From: an uncultured Gemmatimonadales bacterium
Lineage (GTDB): Bacteria > Gemmatimonadota > Gemmatimonadetes > Gemmatimonadales > GWC2-71-9
Length of the DNA: 64,000 bases
Direction of reading: 5' to 3'
Assembly (NCBI GenBank): GCA_963830455.1
Contig: CAWHMT010000004.1
Location: 434,644 to 498,643 of the forward strand
Shown here: piece by piece, positions 33,766-42,959 of the stretch
How positions within the stretch are numbered: the stretch's first letter is position 1
Layout of the letters: the number at the start of each line of letters is the position of its first letter
The notes under the pieces: generated by a model
The model's input: only the letters and a program-made list of their open reading frames with translations
What the model was told of the DNA's origin: nothing
Database searches by the model: none
Made by a program: the position numbers and the translations under genes

Positions 33766-34235
33766 ACGTTCCGCTCTACGAAAAGATCTGGATGTGGGCG
33801 TCCGGCTTTTTGATCGTGGCGTTCGTCACGACCATCGCGGTTGGCGTCGCGGGCAGCGCACTGCAACCACCCAGCCACGTGGAAACGATCGATCCCACAA
33901 AAGTCTGGAACGACCCACGCTTCGCGAAGCGCGGCGTCACCGTCGACGAGCACGGCGCCACAGTGGTGCTGATCGCCATGATGTTCGCGTTTCAGCCTGC
34001 CGAGGTGCACGTACCGGCGAATCGGCCGGTGACGTTCCGCGTGACGAGCGCCGATGTGACGCACGGGTTCCAGATCGTCGGCACCAACGGCAACACGATG
34101 GTCGTACCGGGCTACGTCAGCCAATTCACGACGACGTTCCGCACGCCGGGTGAGTACCTGATCGTCTGCAACGAGTATTGCGGCCTCTCACACCACCTGA
34201 TGTCCGCGAAACTCATCGTGGAGGCCCAGCCATGA
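33762..34235 (+). CDS. cbaB: Cytochrome c oxidase subunit II, ba3 (B-family) type, CuA site
   Basis: One TM plus cupredoxin domain. HGFQI...CNEYCGLSHHLM (H, C-x3-C-x3-H-x2-M CuA ligands). Confidence 0.85.
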   Translation: MNVPLYEKIWMWASGFLIVAFVTTIAVGVAGSALQPPSHVETIDPTKVWNDPRFAKRGVTVDEHGATVVLIAMMFAFQPAEVHVPANRPVTFRVTSADVTHGFQIVGTNGNTMVVPGYVSQFTTTFRTPGEYLIVCNEYCGLSHHLMSAKLIVEAQP

Positions 34236-35854
34236 CGCGCAGCGATCGGCTGTCGCTTGCGCACGTCTGGGTAGCGATTCTGGCGTTCGGCACTGCCTCG
34301 GCGATGGCATTGATGCAGGCGCTGTCGCGGGCGAGCCTCGATCTGCCGTGGCGCTCCGCGAGGATGTACTACCTCTCCGTAACCGCGCACGGCGTGCTGA
34401 TGGCGCTCGTGTTCACGACGTTCTTCATCATGGCGTTCGGCTACGTGGTCGTCAGTCGCGCGCTCGAGCAGGAGCCGACCGGCTTGAAGCTCGCCTGGGC
34501 GGGCTTTTGGATCGCACTGGCTGGCACGGTCATGGCAGCGCTTGCCGTGCTGACCGGCCGTGCGACGGTACTGTACACCTTCTATCCGCCGCTCCAGGCG
34601 CATCCGGCGTTTTACATCGGGCTCACGCTCGTCATCGTCGGCTCGTGGTGCTGGGGCACGGTCATGCTGCTGTCCTACCGCACGTGGCGCGCGAGCCGTG
34701 GGGATCGCCCGGCGCCGCTGGCGATGCACGGCATGATCGCGACGGTCATCGTCTGGTTCATCGCGACGATCGGTGTTGCCGCCGAGGTGCTGTTGCAGTT
34801 GATCCCGTGGTCGCTCGGGTGGACGACCACCGTGGATCCGGTGCTGGCGCGGATGCTGTTCTGGTATTTCGGACATCCGCTCGTGTACTTCTGGCTGCTG
34901 CCGGCCTACGTCATCTGGTACACGGTGCTGCCGAAGGTGGCGGGCGGGAAGCTGTTCAGCGATCCGCTGGGGCGTCTGGTCTTCGTCTTATTCATCATCT
35001 TCTCGACGCCGGTCGGCTTCCATCACCAGTTCATGGATCCGGGTGTGTCGGCCGGCTGGAAGTTGCTGCACACGTTCCTGACGTTCGCAATTCTGTTCCC
35101 GAGCTTCATCACGGCGTTTACCATCACCGCCTCGATGGAAGTCGGAGGCCGGATGCAAGGGGCGACCGGTCTGCTCAACTGGATTGGCAAGCTGCCGTGG
35201 CGCGACCCGCTGTTCTCGAGCGTGGCGCTCTCGATGATCCTCTTTGCAGTCGGCGGGATCGGCGGGGCCATCAACGCGTCGTTTGGGATGAACGCGGTCG
35301 TTCACAATACGGCGTTCATTCAGGGCCACTTCCATCTGACGGTCGGCAGTGCCGTCGCGCTGACGTTCATGGGCGCCGCCTACTGGCTGGTGCCGCGGCT
35401 ATCGGGGCGAGAGCTGGAGCTGTCCTTGCTCGCGCGGGTGCAGCCGTACCTCTGGTTCATCGGGATGATGCTGTTCTCGTTCTCGAATCACATCACTGGG
35501 CTGATGGGCATGCCGCGGCGGATCTACGACGCAAGCTACGGCGGCAGTGCGGCGGCCGAGGCGTGGCGCGGGTTGACGGGCGTATCGGCGGTGGGCGGGG
35601 TGTTCCTGTTCGCGAGCGCCGCGTTCTTCATGCTCGTGATGATCGGCACGGGGCTCGCGGGCAAACGGGTCGGCGCACAGCGCATCGAATGGGCCGAGCC
35701 GCTCCACCCGATCAGCGCAGAGCGCACATGGCTCGATCGCTATTGGGTTTGGACGGCAGTGGCCATCGGCCTGGTGCTGATCGCGTACGCCTATCCGCTC
35801 TGGGTCCACCTGCAGATGCCGCGGTTCGGCTCGCCAGGGTTCAAGCCGTTCTGA
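34232..35854 (+). CDS. cbaA: Cytochrome c oxidase subunit I, ba3 (B-family) type
   Basis: GHPLVYFWLLPAY (His-Tyr cross-link motif of B-type oxidases), FHHQF, HNTAFIQGHFHLTV. Confidence 0.9.
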   Translation: MTRSDRLSLAHVWVAILAFGTASAMALMQALSRASLDLPWRSARMYYLSVTAHGVLMALVFTTFFIMAFGYVVVSRALEQEPTGLKLAWAGFWIALAGTVMAALAVLTGRATVLYTFYPPLQAHPAFYIGLTLVIVGSWCWGTVMLLSYRTWRASRGDRPAPLAMHGMIATVIVWFIATIGVAAEVLLQLIPWSLGWTTTVDPVLARMLFWYFGHPLVYFWLLPAYVIWYTVLPKVAGGKLFSDPLGRLVFVLFIIFSTPVGFHHQFMDPGVSAGWKLLHTFLTFAILFPSFITAFTITASMEVGGRMQGATGLLNWIGKLPWRDPLFSSVALSMILFAVGGIGGAINASFGMNAVVHNTAFIQGHFHLTVGSAVALTFMGAAYWLVPRLSGRELELSLLARVQPYLWFIGMMLFSFSNHITGLMGMPRRIYDASYGGSAAAEAWRGLTGVSAVGGVFLFASAAFFMLVMIGTGLAGKRVGAQRIEWAEPLHPISAERTWLDRYWVWTAVAIGLVLIAYAYPLWVHLQMPRFGSPGFKPF

Positions 35855-35860
35855 GCCTGC

Positions 35861-35901
35861 TTCATGAAGGCTTCTTTCGCCCGACCCTCAAGATTCCTTC
35901 A
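35861..35901. promoter_or_regulatory. Motif cluster TTCATGAAGG...CCCTCAAGATTCCTTCA upstream of the USP gene
   Basis: TTCATGAA palindrome at 35861-35868. Exact 12-mer AAGATTCCTTCA at 35890-35901, shared with 31800-31811. CC[CT]TCA units 11 bp apart. Confidence 0.5.
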
Positions 35902-35954
35902 CGGGCGCTCGACGACTTTGAGGACGTACCCCGTCGCCCACTGAGGGAGGACCG

Positions 35955-36845
35955 ATGAAAACGCAACCGATCGTCGCGGGCGTGGACGGTTCGCTCGAGA
36001 GCGTCGCGGCGGCCCACGTCGCTTGGACGCTGGCCGAGGCGTCAGCGGTATCGTGTCAGCTGGTGCATGCGGCCAACGATGTCAACGCCGCCCTCGCGTT
36101 CGCCGGTACCGGTGTGGTGACGGAAACACTCCAGCTGGCGGAGCTCAGTCGCGCGCGCGCCGAGGTGGCCGCCTCACTGCGGGACCGCGTGCCGGCAGCC
36201 GCCATTCATGGGATGGTCGTGAGCACCGGCGGCACAGCGGACGTTCTCGAGGCGGTCGTCCGGGAAACCGACGCCGCGTTGCTCGTGCTCGGAGGGAAGC
36301 ATCATTCCAAACTCGGCCGCTGGCTCGGTGGCAGCACCGTGCAGCACGTGGTGCGTCGGCTGACCGTCCCGCTCCTCGTCACGGCTGGCGAGATACGCCC
36401 CCATCCCCGGGTGATGGTCGCGGTCGATCCTTCGTATGCCGCTCTCCCGACGGCTCGCGTAGCGGTCGCCTTCGCGCGGCTGCTGGGGAGCCCCTTGCGT
36501 GCCTTGCATGTGATCAATCCGGCGCCGGCCGTCGCGGAGCTGCCGCGGGACTGGTCGCGCGAGATCATCGAGCGCGATGTCTGGCCGGCCATTCCGCTCG
36601 TCGAGCAGAGCAAGGTCATGCGCGAAGGCGATCCGCTCGCGACGATCGTGACGGAGGCGGCGGCGTGGCGCGCCGATATCATCGTCGTCGGCTCGCACGG
36701 TAAGGGCTGGGTCGATCGGTTGCTCATCGGCAGCGTGACCGAGAATCTGCTGAACAACTTGCCGTGTGCCGTCCTCGTGGTGCCCGTGCCTGCGCCGCAC
36801 CGGGAGGAAACGGTGCCGGCTCGCGCGCTGGCCACGGGGGGCTAG
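35955..36845 (+). CDS. Universal stress protein, tandem USP domains
   Basis: Two UspA-like halves (IVAGVDGS...LLVLGGKHHSKLGRWLGGSTVQHVVRRLTVPLLV; VMVAVDPS...IIVVGSHGKGWVDRLLIGSVTENLLNNLPCAVLVVP). Confidence 0.9.
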   Translation: MKTQPIVAGVDGSLESVAAAHVAWTLAEASAVSCQLVHAANDVNAALAFAGTGVVTETLQLAELSRARAEVAASLRDRVPAAAIHGMVVSTGGTADVLEAVVRETDAALLVLGGKHHSKLGRWLGGSTVQHVVRRLTVPLLVTAGEIRPHPRVMVAVDPSYAALPTARVAVAFARLLGSPLRALHVINPAPAVAELPRDWSREIIERDVWPAIPLVEQSKVMREGDPLATIVTEAAAWRADIIVVGSHGKGWVDRLLIGSVTENLLNNLPCAVLVVPVPAPHREETVPARALATGG

Positions 36846-36882
36846 TCGCCCGGCCCGTCGCCGCTTTGCCGTGCGCTCCGTG

Positions 36883-38676
36883 ATGCGGCCACCCGCACAA
36901 ACCGCTCGCCGCGCGGTGCGTGCGCTCATGCGCCGGCCCGTCGTCATCATTGCGGCTGTCGGTCTCACGTTCGGGCTGCTCTTGCGCTCGGATGCCATCT
37001 TTCTCGCCGCACTCCTCCTCGGCGGTATTCCGCTCGTATTTCAGACGATGCGTGGCATGCTCCGCGGGCAGTTCGCGGCCGACGTCGTCGCCAGCCTGGC
37101 CATCGTCACGGCGTTGATCCTGGGTCAGTACTTCGCGGGCGTCGTCATCGTCCTGATGCAGTCGGGCGGGGAAGCCTTGGAAGCGTATGCGATGCAGCGG
37201 GCGTCGAGCTCGCTCGAGAGCCTGATGGCGCGGGCGCCAAAAGTGGCGCATCGGCTGCGGGGCACTGACATCGACGACGTGCCGGTCGACCGCGTGGCCG
37301 TCGGCGACGATCTCGTCGTGCGGCCGGGCGATCTCGTGCCGGTCGATTGCGAGGTGACCGACGGCACCTCGACCGTCGATCAATCCGCCCTCACCGGGGA
37401 GCCGCTGCCGCTGCGCGCCGTGGCGGGAACGCATCTCTTGAGCGGTAGCGTGAATCTGGACGGCGCGCTGCGTGTGCGGGCGCTGCGGCCGAGCGCGCAG
37501 AGCCAATACCAGCAGATCGTGCTGCTCGTGGAGCGGGCCCGCCAGGATAAGCCGCCGATCCAACGCCTCGCGGATCGCTTCGCCGTGTGGTTCACCCCTG
37601 TCACGCTGCTGATGTGCGGGGTGGCCTATCTCGTGACGGGCAGCCCTACCAGTGTGCTCGCCGTGCTGGTGGTCGCCACTCCCTGTCCGCTGATTCTGGC
37701 GACGCCGGTGGCCGTGATCGCCGGCATCAGCCGCGCCGCGGACCTCGGCGTCATCGTGAAGCATGGCCGCGCGATCGAGCAGCTCGGCCGCGCGCAGGCG
37801 GTGGTGTTCGACAAAACGGGGACGTTGACGCTGGGACAGCCGAGTGTGTCGCACGTTGAGGGCGATGTATTGCGTTTCGCCGCCGCGGTGGAGCAGTTCT
37901 CGTCGCACCACCTGGCTCACGCGGTCGTGGACGCCGGTCGTGAACGGTACGGAGCGCTGCCCGCCGTCACAGAGTTTCAAGAAAGTCCCGGGCGCGGTGT
38001 CTCGGGATGCGTGGACGGGCATTCGGTGCATGTCGGCTCGATTCGGTATTTGCGCGACTCCGGAATTGCGATTGACGATGCGGTGGGGGACGGCACGACG
38101 GCGCACGTGGCACTGGACGGCCGCGTCACGGGCCGGATCGAATTCGCAGATCGGCTGCGTCATCAGGTCCCTTCGTTGATGCAGCGGCTGGCCGTGCTCG
38201 GCGTGAGCGACACCGTGATGCTGACCGGCGACCGCGAGGGGGCTGCAGAGGCCATCGCGGCGCAGGCGGGGATCCGCACGGTGCGGGCGAACCTGCTGCC
38301 GGCGGACAAGGTGGCTGCCGTGCGGGATCTCGCGACGCGTTACGACAACGTGGTCATGGTGGGTGACGGCATCAACGACGCGCCGGCGCTCGCTGCCGCG
38401 ACGGTCGGGGTGGCGATGGGCGCCCACGGAACCGCGATTTCCGCCGAGGCCGCGGACGTCGTGTTGCTCGTGGACGATATCGCCCGCCTGGGCGACGCGA
38501 TGGTGATCAGCCGCCGCATGCGCCGGATCGCGCTGCAGAGCATCGGCGTCGGCCTCGGGGTGAGCTTCGTGTTGATGGTGATTGCCAGCTTCGGCCAGAT
38601 CACGCCGGCGGCCGGTGCCGTGATGCAGGAAGCGCTGGATGCGGCGGTCATTCTTAACGCTCTGAGGGTTCGATGA
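36883..38676 (+). CDS. P1B-type heavy-metal ATPase without an N-terminal metal-binding domain; TM motif TPCP
   Basis: TGEPLP, ATPCPLILATP, DKTGTLT, GDGINDAPAL. C-terminal TM contains QEALD. The start is ATG 36883, or GTG 36871/36880. Confidence 0.85.
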   Translation: MRPPAQTARRAVRALMRRPVVIIAAVGLTFGLLLRSDAIFLAALLLGGIPLVFQTMRGMLRGQFAADVVASLAIVTALILGQYFAGVVIVLMQSGGEALEAYAMQRASSSLESLMARAPKVAHRLRGTDIDDVPVDRVAVGDDLVVRPGDLVPVDCEVTDGTSTVDQSALTGEPLPLRAVAGTHLLSGSVNLDGALRVRALRPSAQSQYQQIVLLVERARQDKPPIQRLADRFAVWFTPVTLLMCGVAYLVTGSPTSVLAVLVVATPCPLILATPVAVIAGISRAADLGVIVKHGRAIEQLGRAQAVVFDKTGTLTLGQPSVSHVEGDVLRFAAAVEQFSSHHLAHAVVDAGRERYGALPAVTEFQESPGRGVSGCVDGHSVHVGSIRYLRDSGIAIDDAVGDGTTAHVALDGRVTGRIEFADRLRHQVPSLMQRLAVLGVSDTVMLTGDREGAAEAIAAQAGIRTVRANLLPADKVAAVRDLATRYDNVVMVGDGINDAPALAAATVGVAMGAHGTAISAEAADVVLLVDDIARLGDAMVISRRMRRIALQSIGVGLGVSFVLMVIASFGQITPAAGAVMQEALDAAVILNALRVR

Positions 38677-40785
38677 CGACCGGACTCGACGCGATTCTCA
38701 AACCCCGCTCGATCGCGGTCATCGGCGCGTCCCGCATGTCCAACACGATCGGGCATCAAATCTTCGGGAACCTGCTGCGCTACGGGTTCACGGGCGCAGT
38801 CTATCCCGTCAATCCGAATGCCCGCTCGATCCAGTCGGTGCGGGCGTATCCCAGCGTCGGCGCGCTGCCGGAGCCGATCGATCTCGCGGTCATTGTCGTC
38901 CCGAAGGAGCGTGTGCTCGACGTCGCGCGGACCTGCGGGCAAGCCGGCGTGCGCGGGCTCGTCGTCATCTCGGCGGGCTTCCGAGAGATCGGTGGCGTGG
39001 GAATCGACCGCGAGCGCCAGCTGATGGACATCGTGCGCCAATACGACATGCGCATGGTGGGGCCGAACTGCATGGGCGTGCTGAATACCGACCCTAGCGT
39101 CGCCATGAACGCCACCTTCGCGCCCGCGATGCCGCCGACGGGGCGCGCGGCGTTCGTGTCACAGTCGGGCGCGCTCGGCGTGAGTGTCCTCGACCACGCC
39201 GCGGAGTACGGGATCGGCATCTCACAATTCGTCTCGGTCGGCAACAAGCCCGACGTGAGCGGCAACGATCTGCTCGAGCAGTGGGAGCACGACCCGACGG
39301 TCGGCGTGATCCTCATGTACGTCGAGAGCTTCGGCAATCCGCGTCGCTTCCTCGAGCTGGCCTCGCGCATCACGCGGACCAAACCGATCATCGCGGTGAA
39401 GTCGGGTCGCTCGAAGGTCGGCGCGCGCGCCGCGTCGTCGCACACGGGCGCGCTGGCCGCGAGCGACGTTGCGGTCGACGCGCTGCTGACCCAGGCCGGA
39501 GTGCTGCGTGCCGAGTCGATCGAAGAGCTGTTCGATATGGCGATGGCGTTCACCGGACGGCCGCTGCCGCGCTCGCGGCGCACGGCCATCGTGACGAACT
39601 CGGGGGGACCCGGCATTCTCGCGGCCGACGCGATGGAAACGCGCGGGCTCGAGGTGGTGGAACTGGCGTCCGCCACCATCGCGCAGCTCAAGCCGCTGTT
39701 TCCCGAGGAAGCATCCATCCGGAACCCCTTGGACATGATCGCATCGGCGACGCCGGCGCATTACCGCAGCGCGCTGGACGCGGTGTTGAGCGATCCCAAC
39801 GTCGATTCCGCACTCGCCGTCTTCCTGCCCCTCCTGAGCGTTCGGCAACAGGACATCGCCGAGTCGATCGTCGCGGTCGCTGCCAAACATGACGAGAAGC
39901 CGGTGCTTGCGGTCCTCATGGGGTCCGCAGGCCTGCCGCAGGGCCGCGCGGAGCTGCACAAGGCAGGTATTCCGGCCTACGTGTTCCCCGAGTCGGCGGC
40001 GCGAGGCCTGGCGGCGTTGCGCCGGCAGCGCGAGTGGACCGCGCGGCCGGTGGGCTCGCCCCCCGTCATTCAAGTGGACCGCGCACGCGCGGCGCGCGCA
40101 TTGGCCGGATCGTGCGCGAACGGCAAGCGCAAGCTCGGCGAGCTCGAGGCACTCGAGCTGCTCGCCGCCTACGGGATTCCCGTCGCCGAAAGCCGCTTGG
40201 CGGTGAGTCCCGAGGAGGCGGCTCGTATCGCCGCAGAGCTGGGATTCCCCGTCGTCCTCAAGGCTGTTTCACCCGAGCTGGTGCACAAGACCGATGTGGG
40301 CGGCGTGCGCGTCGGACTGACGACTCCCGTGGAGGTCGCGACCGCGGCGGCCGAGATGACTCGACGCGGTCACGCGCGCACTACCGCACGCGCATCTCAC
40401 CGGGCTGCTGGTGCAGCGCATGGTTACCGGTGGGCGGGAGACGATCGTCGGCATGAGCCGCGACCCGGCGTTCGGTCCGCTGCTGATGTTTGGCCTGGGC
40501 GGCATTTACGTCGAAGCGCTGAAGGACGTGGTGTTCCGGCTGGCGCCGATCCTGCCACTCGATGCGCACGACATGGTGCGGTCGATTCGCGGTGTCGCAC
40601 TGCTCGATGGCATTCGAGGCGCAGCGCCGGTTGATTTCGCCGCGCTCACCGATGTGTTGCTGCGCGTCTCACAACTCGCGATCGATCATCCAGAGATCGT
40701 GGAGCTGGACGTGAATCCTCTGCTCGCGTTCCCGAAGGGCGTGAAGGCGGTGGACGCTCGCGTGCTCGTCGCCGTCACCGACTGA
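38673..40785 (+). pseudogene. ADP-forming acyl/acetyl-CoA synthetase (fused alpha-beta, NDP-forming), interrupted by a +1 frameshift near 40360-40370
   Basis: CoA-binding/ligase region (SIAVIGAS...VYPVNP...MVGPNCMG) and the start of the ATP-grasp are in the frame of 38673. The canonical continuation (GLLVQRMVTGGRETIVGMSRDPAFGPLLMFGLGGIYVE...ELDVNPLLA) is in the +1 frame, open from 40360 to 40785. Confidence 0.8.
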
Positions 40786-40795
40786 CGCCGGCCTC

Positions 40796-41200
40796 CTAGC
40801 GGCGGCGCAGGGTGACGGTGTTGGCGGGCGGTCGTTCGATCTCCGTCAGCACGATCTGATCGCCATTGCTGGTGATCGTCCAATCACCGCTCCCCGTTCC
40901 GATGATCAGCTGCACCGTGTTGCCGTTCTGGAGATACGTACCCGCCATATCGAGCGAATCAGTCGGCTCACCGGGAAATGTGACCGTGCCGTCGACGGTG
41001 ACCGAGCTGTCGATCGCGAAGGTCCACGTGCCGGTCGTCAGCGCCGCCACACCGCCATCGGTGAATCCGATGAAGTCCCATACGCCGACCAGCGAGACGC
41101 TGGGGGCAGTCCCATCGTTGTTGCAGGCGGCGAGCGCCAGCGCCAGGGCCCAAGTGAGGGCGATGCGCGAGCGCACGCGGCGCCCAAGCCGGACACTCAT
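40796..41200 (-). CDS. Hypothetical lipoprotein (134 aa)
   Basis: MSVRLGRRVRSRIALTWALALALAAC lipobox. ATGA overlap with the upstream gene. Confidence 0.6.
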   Translation of the reverse strand: MSVRLGRRVRSRIALTWALALALAACNNDGTAPSVSLVGVWDFIGFTDGGVAALTTGTWTFAIDSSVTVDGTVTFPGEPTDSLDMAGTYLQNGNTVQLIIGTGSGDWTITSNGDQIVLTEIERPPANTVTLRRR

Positions 41201-41469
41201 TGTGTCATGCTCGCCGCCGTGGGGGGAGGGACAGCGCGCGCGCGCCGCTCGCTCCGGGTACCCACGCGTAGCCCCACGATCGCCGTAACAGTGATCGCGA
41301 GATACATGAAGAAGCCGTAGACGCACGCCGGATATCCCAGGATGGTGCCCGGTGCCCCCGGGGACGGGCACTTGGCCGCCGAGGCAAACACCTCCCGATA
41401 GGTCAGGGTGCCGGAAAACGCCAGACCGGCCAGGGCAAGCACCAGGATCAGTTGCAGGGCTCGTTTCAT
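41197..41469 (-). CDS. Small 2-TM membrane protein with a loop Cys pair
   Basis: MKRALQLILVLALAGLAFSG...KCPSPGAPGTILGYPACVYGFFMYLAITVTAIVG. ATGA overlaps on both sides. Confidence 0.55.
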   Translation of the reverse strand: MKRALQLILVLALAGLAFSGTLTYREVFASAAKCPSPGAPGTILGYPACVYGFFMYLAITVTAIVGLRVGTRSERRARAVPPPTAASMTQ

Positions 41470-42956
41470 CGCACCGGTTCTCCTTTCATCGTGACGCGTT
41501 GCATGCCGCGAGCTGCCAGCGCGCGTGCCAGTTCGTCGTCCCATCCATAGGGATCGTGCGCGAAGGCGACGAGGCCATCGTCCGTCGCCCATGCCGTCCA
41601 GTAGACGAGGTGAACGGGAATCAGCTCAGGGAGTCGCACCCAGCGTTGCGAGCCGCTCGTCATGGCGGCGCGGATCGAATCATCGGGCCAGACCGCCAGC
41701 AGCCGTGCGGCCAACGCGGCCGCCCCCTCGATGCGGACACAGCCGTGGCTGAATGTGCGCCAGCGTTCGCTGAACAGCGGGCGCGCCGGCGTGTCGTGGA
41801 TGAACACGCTGAACGGCGTCCAGAACACGAGCTTCACGCCACCGAGTGGGTTCTCCGGTCCCGGCTCTTGGGCCAGCCGATAGGCGAACGTGCTTTCCGT
41901 AACCGCGGCCCAGTGGACAGCTCTCGGATCCAATTCGCCGCCGCTCGTGGAGGAATCGCCAAAGACGCGAAATCCTGCGCGCGTGAGATAGCCGGGATCG
42001 CGCTGGATGATGGGCAGCAGCTCCTGCACCGCGATCACTCGGGGCACTTTCCAGGCGGGACGGAACACGAGATCCGTCACCGTCGAGCTCACGATGGGAG
42101 TCGGCCAGTCGGGGCGACCAACGATCGCACGCGTGGTCAGGGTGATGGTGTCGCGCTCCACGAGCTGCAGTGAGAAGGCGGCACTGTTGACGAGGATGTA
42201 GCGCTCGCCGAGGGAGCGCGGCAGCCAGCGCCACCGCTCGAGGTTCAAGGCGATCTGCTGAGCGCGTTGCGCCGGGGAGATGTCCAGCTGCTTACGCGTT
42301 TCCGGGCCCACAATGCCGTCGGACGGGAGTCCATGCAGGGTCTGGAATCGTGCGACCGCCGCGGCGAGTCCTGCCGAGGTGTCATAGCCCTCGCTGGCCA
42401 GCCGGCGTGCCAGGGGCGTGGGCCACTTGCCTTGCTGCGCGAGCTCGCGGTAGCGCCGCAGGGACAGTTGCAGCGCGCGATACTCGGCTTGTGGTGGCGC
42501 GAGCTGTTCGAGCGCGGGACCCACGCGTTTCGCGTCGAGCGCCCGGTCCAGTAGCGCCGCGACATCCTGCTGGCGAGGCGCGCTGGTCCACTGCGAATTC
42601 ACCATCGAGGGCTCGACGCGGCCGAGCGACACGTCGCGCGCATACGAGAAAAAGGTCTGCGTCAGTAGCGTGTCGAGCTGCCACGCCTCCTCGGGCAACA
42701 GGTCCCGGTGCAACAGGGAGTCGATCTCCGGCGTGACGTAGTCTGCAGGGTCCAACCCCTGGGCGTCCGCCCGCGCCACGACGTCGAGCAACGCGGTCGC
42801 CTGCGGATCGAGACTGCCGGCGCGGATCCAGACCGGCTGCCACCAGCGCGCCTGGTAAAACCTTGCCAGGGTCGAGTCGAGCGGCTGCTGCGCCGCCGAG
42901 GCTCGAACCGCGCCCAGGATGCAGCAAGACGCGACGAAATACCTGGCGATCCTCAT
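41466..42956 (-). CDS. L,D-transpeptidase (YcbB/LdtD-like, PG-binding plus YkuD domains)
   Basis: PG-binding (VARFQTLHGLPSDGIVGPETRKQL). Catalytic IHDTPARPLFSERWRTFSHGCVRIEG. Start set at ATG 42956 (signal peptide MRIARYFVASCCILGAVRASAAQ). Confidence 0.85.
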   Translation of the reverse strand: MRIARYFVASCCILGAVRASAAQQPLDSTLARFYQARWWQPVWIRAGSLDPQATALLDVVARADAQGLDPADYVTPEIDSLLHRDLLPEEAWQLDTLLTQTFFSYARDVSLGRVEPSMVNSQWTSAPRQQDVAALLDRALDAKRVGPALEQLAPPQAEYRALQLSLRRYRELAQQGKWPTPLARRLASEGYDTSAGLAAAVARFQTLHGLPSDGIVGPETRKQLDISPAQRAQQIALNLERWRWLPRSLGERYILVNSAAFSLQLVERDTITLTTRAIVGRPDWPTPIVSSTVTDLVFRPAWKVPRVIAVQELLPIIQRDPGYLTRAGFRVFGDSSTSGGELDPRAVHWAAVTESTFAYRLAQEPGPENPLGGVKLVFWTPFSVFIHDTPARPLFSERWRTFSHGCVRIEGAAALAARLLAVWPDDSIRAAMTSGSQRWVRLPELIPVHLVYWTAWATDDGLVAFAHDPYGWDDELARALAARGMQRVTMKGEPVR

Positions 42957-42959
42957 AGC

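Noticed and set aside
36724-38427. 567-aa minus-strand ORF.
   Set aside because: It is antisense to the P1B ATPase, which carries DKTGTLT, GDGINDAPAL and other family motifs. The ORF itself has no motifs.
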